Source: Klebsormidium nitens (Eukaryota > Plantae > Klebsormidiophyceae). From it: a DNA stretch of 64,000 nt. The DNA lies in the NCBI GenBank assembly GCA_000708835.1, contig DF236982.1, positions 186,001-250,000 of the forward strand, read 5' to 3'. The position numbers and the translations under genes are program-made. Numbering within the stretch: the first letter of the stretch is position 1; each line of letters starts with the position of its first letter. Shown one piece after another: positions 10,401-22,308 of the stretch. The notes beneath the pieces were generated by a model. That model saw nothing but the letters and a program-made list of their open reading frames with translations, ran no database searches and had not been told where the DNA came from.

Positions 10401-12555
10401 ACGCAAGTGGGATCCAACTCGATACAATCGGTAGATCCTGGCAAGCTGACGTGCGATCCCAAAATGTTACTTAGTAAACGGACGCATGTACCATTGCTTA
10501 CGTATAAGCTGACGATCGAGCTCAAAACTCGCAGCACATGCAGTCGCCTTCGGTCCACACAGAACAACATCCCAACCCTGAGCATTCCGCTGCTTCCGTC
10601 TTTCAGGCGGGCTTCGTTCGCGCCAAAAGCGATTCCGTCGCCGGAAAAGCCGGAAGCGCGGCCGTGGACTTCGTCGGCGGCGGGTCCCGGGGGGTGGACC
10701 GCTCCCGTTCCGCTCGCGCTCCCGATTCCGGTCCCGGAAAAGACCTCACCGACGACCAGCGGAGCGCCCTGCAGCAGCTGGAGAACCACCCCGAGATCAG
10801 CCCGGTACGCAGAAGCTCAATAATAAGCTGACGAAACATGATTTAGTCTTAACCTGAATTGCGTGGTACGTGCACCGTATGGGACAGTTAAGCGGAAGGG
10901 TCATTCATCTTGTCGTTTGAATAATCTCAATGCAACAATGGTAGGCCGACGTTTCCCGGTCTTAAACCCGAGCGCTTTGCGACCTTGTGGATCTCAACAC
11001 CGGCCCTTTTAACACCGCATGCACACAGGGCGCATTTTCTTCGAACAGGAGCCGAAGCGTGGCCGGACCCGAGGTTCCGCTCCGGAAAAGTGGCGGACGA
11101 ACTGGAACTAGGCCCCGGGTCAAAGCCGGTTCTCGGCGAATAGGAACCGGTTCCTGCACTTCGGAGCTTGAACCAGGGCCTAGCTCCGTTCCGACCCCCG
11201 ATTTTCCGGAGCGGAAGCTCCGCTTTGGCCCCGGTTCGGCTCCTTTTTGGAGCCAGGGTGCCATGTGATGGGTCTCAGAAATGTATGCCAGGCTGTTCGA
11301 CCGAAAGAGTTTCGAAAGGCTTCAGCTTTAAGATTCGCCCAATCTTAATCGGGTCGTTTTGAGACCACCCTGACCTCAACCCTGGGTCTCAAATGGGGCT
11401 TTTGGTTCGTACGGTTTACTCGTGGGCTCTGAAGAAGGAACTTCGTACTAGCATGGTCAATGGCGCACCCAAACTGCGTCTCCCGGTATGCGTGACTGAG
11501 CGGGCGCCGAGAGAGCTAAGTAGAGGGGGAGCATCACGTCCTCCTCCTTAACTCTCCTAGAAGCTTCATTAAACTCTTCTTTCTTCTTGGTTAGAAAGGG
11601 GCGAGCTCGCGTGTAGGGGGTGAGGGGGTGAGGAGGTGCAGGGGGAATGACGTCTGGCGAACTTATTTGGCACCTCCGAACACAGCGAGCTTTCGTTTGA
11701 GCTGCCCAATCTTGATCTCCGTTACACTAAGCTTGCTGTTGCGAGGTTCCACACGCGAACGACGCCAGTTTCGAGCACTAACCGACTAACTCAATCACAA
11801 GTCTGGTGCACGTCATCTCAGCGGCTTCAAAAGCAGGCCTCAGTCGCTCTGGCGACCAGCCCCGAGTCATCCGCGGAACGCCTACAAAACCGTGCCCGAA
11901 TCTAAGTCAAGCTGGCTTCACAAAGCTGTCTCTGCCCGCAACAGGTCCAAGATCTGTCGCTGCTTCCTACTATTTTTGACATCTGAAACCTTGCTAAGAA
12001 TCGTTGCCAGAAACTTTTCTTCCTGTCTTCGCAGCTGGGCCCGCAACAGGCTTACAATTTAAGGCCTCCCTCTAACCCGGATCTAACCTCATCGTACGAA
12101 AACGGGTTTCCAATGAAGGCTGCTGATAAGCCAATCAACAATATCCAACTCTAGGTCTCGCGTCGCCGCAGCCACCTCTGAAGCTGGCCCACTTTTTGGA
12201 GACCAGCCGCAGGCTAACCCAGCAACTAACCAACTTCCACAAGCCCGAAAAGTTCCTGATGGTCCTGATTACCCCGACTTCTTTTGTGTCGCCGCAGCTA
12301 CTCCTGAAGCAGGCCTACGTGTTGGCGACCAGTTCCGAGTCGGAGCTCCTCCCGGGCACCCGGAGCATGATCCAGGGCGCGCTGATCGGCAAATTAGGCA
12401 TGGCGGCAGGGGAGCCCATCGTCGAGGCGCTGGAGAACCGGGCGTACCTCGGCAACGACGACGACGCGACCGGGAAGGTCTCCCGGGCGATCGGTGGGGG
12501 GCGGTCCACCAGCCGGAGCCTGACCGGGGGAATGGGCACACTTACCTTTGGTTGA
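7456..12555 (+). CDS. Unknown Gly/Ala-rich helical-repeat protein. Exons 7456-7563, 8482-8788, 9174-9457, 9982-10206, 10607-10804, 12298-12555(stop). The 5' end is unresolved.
   Basis: Six GC-rich exons join in frame: five GT-AG-type junctions, one of them a GC-AG intron at 9458. The motif LAxLGGxxxVxxAAxxxGD(R) and the motif LAxxGxxGxxIVxxL both recur. No family was recognised. Confidence 0.75.
9790..9880 (-). mobile_element. Copy of the ~105-bp G-rich core repeat (reverse orientation), intronic
   Basis: The reverse complement CCCGGGGTACGGTTGGTTAGTTTGGGGTTAAAGGGGGTCCGGGTGTGGAGCG aligns to the core at 15590, 16855 and 21890. Confidence 0.6.
11048..11243. repeat. Foldback (long imperfect palindrome), possible MITE, intronic
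   Basis: Nested inverted pairs GGAGCCGAA/TTCGGCTCC (11048/11243) and TTCCGCTCCGGAAAA/TTTTCCGGAGCGGAA (11075/11216), with a central palindrome AGGAACCGGTTCCT at 11142-11155. Confidence 0.8.
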
Positions 12556-14231
12556 TATAGAAACTCAACTTGCAAATAAGACCTTCTCGGCTCGCCATCA
12601 CACCTTTCGGGGTTGAGCAGGGACGGGTTCTCGGATGAGTTGCATGAGCGCCGACATGACAGCGGCTACCTTCGCACTAGTCGCCTTGCCCTTACATTCA
12701 ACACGTCAGTGGGCTCGCCTTTGGGAGAGTTGGTCAGAGCGCGAGAGGCGTAGGACGTCCATTTGCGAGAGCGGTGTAGCTAATCTTGACGTTGTTGACA
12801 TCATCGCCAACTCCTACTCTCGACATGAATCACAGTTTCTGTATGGACAACGTTTGCACGAGGTTTCAAGTTGCTCGTATGGTAATAAAATTTGCATTAG
12901 GCCCACACAGGCTCCCCATTACATATTCTGGAACATTGACCAGTTTTTGGTTGTGTTACGTAACCTGATCGTGACTTACATATAGCGACTGAAGTTCAGC
13001 TTGCGGCCTTCGGGTTTACATCACTTGAAGGCGAACTATTAGTACGGCTTGGCCAAGTAACGACGGCTTTAGGTAACGCACACGTTTCCCGGCGCGCATG
13101 CAAATCTCATGATGTTTATATCCTGGCCCGGATCTTGCCAAAAGCCCAAGTTCAATCGAAGCCGTCGATGCGCCATCGTGCGTGTCAAATTCAAGATTTG
13201 GAGTGTCGCTTTTTGGGTTTGGTCATGGCTTCCGCCTGGTTGCTACAACATGGCGGACTTCTGCGTATAGCCTCCTCCTTTCTTCACTGTTGGCAGTGGA
13301 TGCATGCAAGACCTCGTCTGGACGGTCTTAAATACATGCTCTAGGTATCCCAAGAAGGCAGCACATGATCTGAAGCCATGTCCGCAAAAGCCGATAGAAG
13401 AAGCCCGCAAAAATTGCGAACTGTGGGTTAGCTGAGTTTTGTGTTCAATTAATTGGCGAGATCCGGGCCGGGGTCTAAACGGCTTGAGAATGCAACGTGC
13501 CGGCGCCGCGGGCAAGCCTTGATAGGCTAACCGCGCTCTATATTGTAACGAGACAGGGGTTGGAGTGGCGCGTGCACACCGTTGATCCGGCCATGACGTT
13601 GTTTTCGTGGCCGGCCATTTGATTTGTCCGCGAAGGCGGCCGGGCTGCCGTTGATTCAAAATTAGTCACACGGTGCGGTGGGCTCATTGCCAAGCTGGTC
13701 CCACGTAAGCCAAGAATACCTCCATAACAAGGAAGAAGTTGCTTGAGCAATGCATGAATTACGCTCCGCTCGCCCTTGCGTGAATGGTCAATTACCCAAT
13801 CAGCTTCGATCTTATCCTGGCTAGGAGACCACATTTATATCATGTCAGTGCACCGCTTGAATCGAATGAGCGACGCTACTGCACGGGGGCCGCCGGTAGG
13901 TTTTTCAATCTACGCGTGCTTTATGTACGGGACTCGTTGCGTGTGGCAGGTTGTCTGAAATGTATCCGTATGGCCCAACTTGTCAAATAATGAGTATGAT
14001 GTCCTTTGCGCTAAACTTGCAGGGACCGCGTCTACCCAAAACTCGGAACAGAAGTCCCCGATTGATCGCTATATGTACACTGCTGTATGCACTAAACTCA
14101 GCATGATGGGAAACCGCGCGGAAAACGTGCCTTTCTCAACATCGATGCAACTCAACACAGTTCCTTTTCGTGTCAACTCGACAAACCTCAACACTGTTCC
14201 GCTGGCTTAAAAGTAAAGCCGATTCCGCAGA

Positions 14232-17200
14232 CTACTGAGAGAGCCGCGCGGCCGCGGCCGCGAGCACCGCCACCGCAGCCGAGACGGCAAGGACCGTCGG
14301 CGCGTGGCGGATGGCGCGGTAATTGCGCATCTGGCGCGCGCGCATGGCCGCGATCTGGGACGGCGGCCGCAGGGTGCTGTTGAGCGCGTCCTGCCACGTG
14401 ACGAAGCCGGGGATGAAGCGGCCGAAGGACTCGTAGAACTTGTTCTGCGCGAGCACGAGCTTGCTGCGCAAAGCAGGAAAACCCTTTTCAGAAGTGTGGT
14501 GTAAACGCCTAGTTCATTTCTGGAACAGCTGTTTGGAATCGTATCCTGTTCTCTTAAGAACCGGGTAGGAAAGCGGCCGAAGGACTCGTAGAACTTGTTC
14601 TGCGTCAGCACGAGCTTGCTGCGGCAAAGAAAGAAAACCTTCTCTTAGAGAGAAAAGTTAGAAGAGTGGTCGCATGGGTAAACAGTTGATGAGAAGCGCG
14701 TCTTGCCAGGTCACAACGCCGGGAATGATGCGGCCGAAGGGCTGTCTGCGCGAGCACTAGCTTGCTGCGGCAAGGAGAGAAAACCTCTCTTAAAGGAATT
14801 CTTTAAAAGAGTGGTCGAGTTTGTCAAAACAGTGATGAGAAGCGCGCCTTGTCAATCCAGAACGCCGGGGATGACGCGGCCGAAAGACTCGAAGAACTTG
14901 TTCTGCGCGGGTACGAGCTTGCTGCGCAGAATGAGCAATGGGTAGAAGAATGCTATGAACGCGTGGTTTGTGTGTGTGGTCTGGAACAGCTTTTTGAGTG
15001 CATCCCGGGGCGTGATGAAACCGAGAAGGAAGCGACCGCAGTCTCGCAGGACTTGTCTCGGCAAGCACTAGCTTGATGCGCAAAAGAAGGAGGGGGCTCA
15101 GAAGAGTGTTTTAAAGCGTGGTCTCTGCGCGTGTCGTGGATCAGCTTTTTGTGAGCGAACCCTGATGGTTCAATTTGGCGCAGTTTCTTCTGATCACATA
15201 ACCGTGCGGAGGTTCTCGATCTCCCATCTTCAAACAATATCAAAGATGCTTTTCAATTTTCCGACTTGTCAATCCAAGTGCGAGAGAGCGGACAAAATCA
15301 TTGCACACACTTCTTCCTAACGCTCTTCAGCATCGCTTTGGACGTCGGAATTGTAGCGGCCAACGAATTGTGAATCATCTGATCAGAAATTAAGACTTGC
15401 CATGATCCCCCCCCACCCGTTTCGTATCGAACACATGACGTGCCAAAGCGACGGTTGCGTGCGAGCCAAGCTTGGCGACGGCTGAGTTCAAACCTTCGTT
15501 TTGCAAAAGTAAAACGAAGCTCCTCCAGCGTCTTTCTGAACGATGTGCTCTCATGATAGACCTAAAGTTTATATAGGATAGGGTCATGGCCCGGCGAACG
15601 GGTGGGGTTAGTTTGGGGGTTAAGGTGGGTACGGGTGCGGAGCAGGTATATTTGTCGGTTTAGGTTTTTTTGGTTTGGTATTCTCCCGGGGAGTGTACTA
15701 TCCTACCATAAAACTATCCTACCTAAGATATAGGAGTATACTCACATGGGCTGCTTGGGAATATCCTCCGACATCTTGGCGGCGGCGTCCGTCTCCTTTT
15801 TCCGCTCCTTGTTGAAGCGCTCCAAAGCGGAAGCCACGGTTTGTACTAGCAAAGCCCGCCGCGCGCCGTGGTCTTGCTGGCCGTCCGCGCGCCGTTTTGC
15901 AGCCTGAGTTGGCGGCAATCGAGCGGGTACATCCCTAAGATCCTCGATTCATACGCTGGGTAGATCCAAGCCCGGCAGAGCGCCAAACTTGTGTTTCAAG
16001 GTTATGACGTGATTGTTGCACGCTTTTGAAGAGCGCTTTAATTGTGGGTAGGTCTCAGGTTAAGGTAACATGATTCCAGGTGTTCAAAAGTCTACCGAGG
16101 ACCATGTTAGACAGAGTAAAAGATAAAAGCTACGTGAAGCGGAAGAGGACAGTGCAACACCTCGTTTGAAAAGCAGAGTGGCGTCTCGCAAGCCGTGAGA
16201 AGCGTAGAAGTCAGCCAATTGGGTCAACTCTTGGTCACATATAACAACAACTGATCACGACTAAGTTGAAGCGTCCCTTCAATTCATACTGGCAAGTTGC
16301 CCGAAAAGCGCTCTTGCCCGAAAAAGGCGAGAACGACCATTTCCACTACTAGCCCCCTACCTCAATTTCCTTTTGCAGGATCTCCTCCAGAACAAGCCCG
16401 TCCTCCATGGCCAAGTTAGTGCCCTGCCCGATGTAGTTGAAGCACGCATGGGCGGCATCGCCCAATAAGACCTGCACGCACGAAGATTTATCGGACTTGA
16501 TTGAGATAGTTCGAAGAGTCACAGGGTTTTCTGAAGTTGAGATACGTAGTCCAGTCAAGAGGCGATATTATGGAGCATGCACGGGCGGCGTCGCCCAATA
16601 ACACCTGCACGCACGGACAGTTATAAGGATCTCGTACAAGCGGACCGCAGAACCTCGAAATGGCTCGGGGACGACCAAGAATCGCAGCGCTGCCGTTCAG
16701 ATTTTGTCGTCAAGAAATGGACGCTGAGAAGTTTCGTTTGCACTCGGTTACGCACGGTTTGTCCTCGGACGGAAGCGCTGCAATTCTGACCATCGCGGAT
16801 TTCTGAGTAGTCTCGAACTTATGTTGAGTTCCGGCTATGTTGAGTGAGATCATGCCCGGGGGACGGGTGGGGTTGGTTTTGGGGTTTGAGGTGGGTACGG
16901 GTGCGGAGCATGTTAACCTTGGGTTGAGATTTTTAGTTTGTTGGGCCCGGGGACTTTATCTAAATCAACATACACCAAACTCAACATAAAAGCAAGAATA
17001 TGAAGTTCTGCGTCCCGCCTGCGTACGCCTCGTGAAGAAACGAGTCACAAGCCTTTAAGAGCTGGGGTGTGCGCCTTTGGAAAAGAGCTTCGATGCAACT
17101 GAGGGCGCGAAAGCGGTTCGCTAAGAAAACATGTTCCAAAGCATTTCAATTGCTAAAAACTGGACTTTCCAATTCTGACAGCCCACACCGAGGAGTGGCA

Positions 17201-20200
17201 GAAGCTCTGTTTCGATCAGACAAAGAAGAATCTTGGGAGCGGGCGATCTAGTTCTGCTTTTACTCCCACAAGTCTCAACCGTCTCCCGCTGTCTAGGGAA
17301 GTTTCCTACCTTTCCAGCGTTCTGATTGTCAGTCGAAACTCGTAAAATCTCGCCTGCCATTGTGTGGTGAATGTTATCAAGAGCGATGCGAAGCTGACTG
17401 TTCGGCTCACACCAGCCCAGAGCCCGTCCTTGACATTCTCCGCAAAGGCAACGGGTCTTCCAGTACGAAGTTTCAACTTCAATACTATTCACAATCGAGT
17501 GAAACGTAGAAGGTGGAATCCAGATGACAAGGTCGATCAAGGTGGCGCTAACCGTTTGCTTGTAGTGGAACTGCGTGGAGTCGACGGTGCAGTGCCGTAG
17601 CTCCTTAGCGGTCGCCAGCTGGCGGCAGTATTCGCTGTCGGGAGGGAAGAGCTCCGCTACCTGCGAGTTACGAACAAGAGCTTCGAAAAAGATCCCCTTT
17701 TCTAGCTTTCTATCTAAGCTTTCCCTCATGTTCGACCTTAACACCAGAAAATTTAGTCGTATAAAGTATCGCCAGTATTGCCTGGAAACCCTTGACGTTG
17801 ACAACTGCGTCTGACGCTTCTCTTTGATGTAACAAGTACCGACTTGGAGACGAATGATTGTTTGCAGGGACAGTATTTTCGTTGGATCGAGAATATTCGA
17901 GAAACATAAACCAGGACTTTAGCGAGGAGCACGGTTCGCATAAGCGCACAAGTCCGAAGGTTTAAGCGACGCTGCGCATTGGAAACCCGCTGCTCTCGTT
18001 CCTACGGATCGCTTCCTTACAGCTGAAAGGGCCGCACACCACAAAGTTACCTACATCAACAAGCTGAGACCGAGTGCTGCTCACCTCAGGGAAGAATTCC
18101 CGGATCTGCGCAGCAACCCCGGCCGCATCCTGGCCGTCCATTCCGATGCCGGTAAAGGAGCAGCCCACTCTAGTTCGCGAGTTGGGCATGATGCCTAGTC
18201 TCATGGGGGGCCGCACCCAGACCGTGAAGCTCTTGGGGTCGAACTGGAAGCGGGGGCCGTGCAAAGGGTTGATGACGTCGTCGGAAAGGGGGGCCATCAT
18301 TTCGGGGGGGACCGCAACGCTGCAGGGAAGGGGGTGGTGTGCGAGAGTTAGTGCTTCCCTAAGGGAGCAGTTTTGTTGGGGTGTTTCGCACGGCTGTACG
18401 AGTTCGTACACTGAAAGAAATCGAACAACGGCCAGCTTTTGAGGCGGAGGGAAATCGCAGCAGAAACGGTCTCAATTTGCTGTAAGGAACGCGGACGGGA
18501 AAGCTGCTCTGAAATCGTAATGCTTCAATATTGGGCTGAAAAACGCAGAAAAAGTCTGACAAGTTTTGTGATTCATGGAAATCGCGAGTCCTTGAACTTC
18601 GTATTAAGTTGATGACTCGCTGAGACAAGATCGATACGGGGGGCAAAAACGGGGCCACAAAAGAGGGGCTCCATCCGCTTTCGAAGCATGCGTTAGAGGG
18701 AAAGAATCACGCGTGGAAATGGTCTTCCATTTGATGGAGCAGATTTGGAAGATATTTGAGCACTATCTAACTGGGCACCACCGAAAGAGAGCGAGCAACT
18801 GGTGGCAATTCGTTCGACTTTGTTCAACAGTTTTCTTACGAACGTCAAAGCCACACGTGCGGATCGACCACACTCATAGGAGGACCCTTCGGTCGTTCCA
18901 AAAGCAGGGGTCTTCTGGCCGAGTAGGAACTGAGGCAAGCCAGAAGGCAAGAATCGGAAAGACAGGCGCGTTACAAGATATGACTCGCACTACGTACTAT
19001 ATTCTTGTAATTTCGCTGTCGCATTGAATTGAAAGATAGACCAATAAAAGTTTCAACGATAATAACAATATCCCGCATATTGACATAAACCAAGAAAAAC
19101 ATAGTGGCAAACTTCCTGACCTGACCGCCTTCCCCGTTCCACGACAGTCCATCGAGACCGAAAACCCGGGCACTTGCTTCTCCATCTGAGCCCGCATCAC
19201 CGAGCTCAGTCCGTCTGCCCCGACCAACATGTCCCCAGACACAGTGACGTCACCTCCAGAAGCGTTGCCATTCTCCCCCTGCACGTGCGTCAAGATCGTT
19301 AGGATGCTACGCCCTTACTGAGAACAAGGTTCTCTATCTGTTCTGCTGGAAACGCCACACTATGGGTATGATCGACAGGGCTGGGGATCGTTTGGATCTG
19401 AACGAAATTGAGTCCGTCAGTTTTGAGTTCGGTGCTGCCCTGTATTACTCTGGGAGCGTCACACAAATCACTACATGCCAGACAGGGTGGCTTTGAGCCC
19501 TCAGAAACCATGCTCTTGGATTAGGAAGTGGCCGTTTCTGGGTATCTCACTTGCCACGGCCACTCGAACTCAGTGTTTGCATTGTCTCACAGTGTCCAAT
19601 AGCTACTGTGATTCAAATCGACCTGTTTGAAGCCCACACATGATTGTCAAAATGGTGTAGCTCACCCCCGAATGTCCCCTTCTCGTGAAAGTTGCCGACG
19701 CTTTATCCAAGTCAGCGGACGTCAGCGCACACCCGAAGTTATACATGATCTGGCCCGGGTACCGTTCCATGCCCGCGCGAACGAGGACGGCAGATAGGTC
19801 CGGGACGGAGACGGAGAAGTGCTTGAAGTTGACTTTGCGGGCCATAAGCACCGACTCCTTCCCATGACCTGGCGCCAGAGAGTTCGATAACATGAGGCGG
19901 GTGGTCAATGAGACTGGTGCGGACGTTTGCGGTTTTGGACGGGCATATCCAAAGTTCGATTTTGGGCGATGTGATCCAGCTGCAGCCGCACGAGCGCGTG
20001 TGTAATTCGTGTCGCGCATGCTCGTCTCCTGGTGATCACGCACACGATACTTTAAACGCGACGTCGGGAAACGACGCGCTTGAGCAGCGACAAAGTGGTT
20101 AGTCGGGTTCGAAAAGTCTCCGCGATGAAAGCCGGCCAAACTGATCTTCCATCAAAAAATGACGAACAGATTCGTTTGAAGTGGCGTTGACGAGTGTGAC

Positions 20201-21283
20201 GAAAGTTAGCATGAAAGGTGACGGCCCATGCAAAGCGGTCAAAGTGAGTTGTTCTCTCAAGAACGAACTGGCATCAATGTCTCCATAAGATGTCCGACTG
20301 CCACGCTAGACACGCTTCTTTGATTAACGAATGCAGAGAATCCACAGTTCTTCCCACAGTGCCTTTCTTGCACTATCCTCCATATCGCGTTGCAACTCGA
20401 ACTGCACCTTCTTGATGGAAGTAATGAACTGAGCAAGCCCTGCAACGGCTCGACTCAGACAAAATGCCTGCTGCTTACCCTGCAGCGTTGTCATGTACTT
20501 GATCCGCATGCCCCGGCCCTCCACCTCTTTCGTCAGGCCTACGCTCTCCAGGGCCGCCCACGCGCGTCCCGTCAGCGCCACATTCCACCCGCCGTGCTTC
20601 TTCAGCCAATCGTTAGCGCTCTCATCCCAGTCCTGTCTCTCAAACACCTCAACCTTAAATCCCTGGCGCGCAAGAAGAAGAGCCGCAAGCGCCCCCGCAG
20701 GCCCCGCCCCAGCCACAATGGCTGTGAGCCTGGGCCACCCGTCCGGTGTCAAGTCACCCCCTTGAGAAGTTAGGCTTTCATTTGCTCCGGTGTCTGACAC
20801 CGAAAGTGTGGAGGCCTGAGTCGCTTGAAGGGCTGCGGGTTTGGGCCCGGAAGGTGGCGCTCCGGAGATGCTGCTGTTGCTGAAAGCTGGCACTGCCGTT
20901 TTGGGGCCTCTCTTCTGGGGACCAGATTGTGATGCCATGCTAGTTGTGTTCCAGACCTCTCCACCATGCACAGGTCGACTGCTGGAACGATAGTTCCGCT
21001 TGCTCAATTGGGAAAGCTTTGTGTTTGAGTTATCGCCGAGGTGCCCTCCCCACAATGAAGATTGCTGCCGGCTTTCTTGGTCGCAGCGAGACTTCACCGC
21101 ATGCTCACTTCTGTGTGATCTCGCTTTTGCAGCAAGGCATGAACCCGTAGCGCCCCTTCCTGAAAGAAATGCAATAGAAGACGGATTGGGGTTGCAATGT
21201 AAGGGCAATTTAGGTTCTCCAAAAGTCTGAAAGGAAGCAGATAAATCTGTTGCCTGCATCAAACCAAAAACAGTAGCGGCCAT
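14232..21283 (-). CDS. FAD-dependent monooxygenase (FAD_binding_3 type; kynurenine 3-monooxygenase/aromatic hydroxylase-like) with an N-terminal transit-peptide-like extension. Multi-exon; exon 1 is 21283-20479 and the last exon is 14463-14232.
   Basis: Rossmann motif AIVAGAGPAGALAALLLARQGFKVEVFER, DG motif DMLVGADGLSSVMR (about 19200), GD motif VLLGDAAHACFNYIGQGTNLAMEDG (about 16440), then ALERFNKERKKETDAAAK and a hydrophobic C-terminal tail. The Ser/Ala-rich N-terminus resembles a transit peptide. Confidence 0.88.
14380..15090 (-). repeat. Tandem array of about 5 units of ~150 bp, each spanning the acceptor and start of the monooxygenase last exon
   Basis: The anchor TTGCTGCG (TTGATGCG in the last copy) occurs at 14461, 14616, 14762, 14919 and 15073. 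Confidence 0.9.
15568..15725 (+). mobile_element. G-rich core repeat with (TA)GGATAG-type inverted arms, MITE-like, intronic
   Basis: Core GGTGGGTACGGGTGCGGAGCA at 15624-15644, bounded by CCCGG motifs. The arm TTTATATAGGATAG pairs imperfectly with CTATCCTACCATAAA. Confidence 0.65.
16819..16989 (+). mobile_element. G-rich core repeat with TATGTTGAG-type inverted arms (about 32 bp), MITE-like, intronic
   Basis: Identical 21-bp core at 16890-16910. TTATGTTGAGTT (16819-16830) is the exact reverse complement of AACTCAACATAA (16978-16989). Confidence 0.75.
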
Positions 21284-21764
21284 GTCTAAATGAGAAGCTC
21301 AAAAGTCAGAAAGTTGTACTGTTCTACTCATGTCTATGAGGGCATCATCCTGCAAGTTCCTTAGCGCTCTCGCTGCAGGACAGCGGTCTCGGAGGGAATG
21401 AAAAAGGCTATGGAGGAATACTTACGATGTCACCAAAATGGCGGCGCCAGCAGTGACAGAAAAGGACCGCGCACCCCGCAGAAAAGCGCTTGTGGCCGCC
21501 TTTCTCCAAACATGCCGCAAGATGCGCTTTTCGCTGACGTCTGCAGTAGATATCTAGCTGTAAGCATTTTGAAGTGGGGGGCTCAAGAAACGCGGAAGAA
21601 TGGCCCCCTTTCCATTCTTGATGAGCCTTTTTGTTTTCCATGACGTAATGAAACAGGTGGTCAGCTTCGACGTGGCACACGTGGCAGCGTGCATGCCAGC
21701 ATGGCTTCCCACAATTCCCCAAAATTACTTTTGCAGACCGCGCAATTGCTGGCATGCCTCCTTG

Positions 21765-21796
21765 AAGTTGATTTTTTTTTTTTTTGGAAAATACCG

Positions 21797-21831
<35 letters not shown>

Positions 21832-21834
21832 GAT
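21765..21834. repeat. Poly(T)-GGAAAATACCGTCT-poly(A) insert flanked by the direct repeat AAGTTGAT
   Basis: AAGTTGAT at 21765-21772 and 21827-21834 brackets a T run and a ~29-nt A run. Confidence 0.55.
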
Positions 21835-21836
21835 GA

Positions 21837-22020
21837 AACTCGAGATTCAAAGATAATAGTAAGCCAAGATAATAATAAGGTAACCGCACTGGGACGGGTA
21901 GGGTTAGCTTGGTGGTTAGGGTGGGTACGGGTGCGGAGCAGGTGACTTTTTCGGTTAGGGTTTTTAGTGTTAGCCGGAGCTTTCTATTATCTTGGCTTAT
22001 TATTATCTTTCTTGAGAGTT
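21837..22020 (+). mobile_element. G-rich core repeat with AAGATAATA-type inverted arms (about 38 bp), MITE-like, intergenic
   Basis: Core at 21920-21940. The left arm AAAGATAATAGTAAGCCAAGATAATA pairs with the right arm TATTATCTTGGCTTATTATTATCTTT. Confidence 0.78.
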
Positions 22021-22308
22021 ATTTGAAGTTGCAGCACATGTCGGACCTTATTTTCATAGGTAGTTTATGTTATCAACCCTGGCCCTGATTAGAACACATG
22101 GGTCAGTGCATTGTGTAATTCCCATCAAGTTTATGCCAAATTATGGCGTGGAAAGGCCACTGAAGTCGATGCGATGGTCATCCCACAGAGCTAGGAGAGA
22201 GAGAGGAGGTGTTCTCCTATCTTCTACTGAAAGTGGTGTGGGTTGTGAGCTTTTCTTTCCAATTGGAGCGAACAGGTTCTCCAACCTCTAGCACAGCACC
22301 AACCTACG

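Noticed and set aside
17121-17804. 227-aa ORF as a standalone gene
   Set aside because: It contains one internal monooxygenase exon (VAELFPPDSEYC..YKQT, with AG/GT ends) plus open intron sequence.
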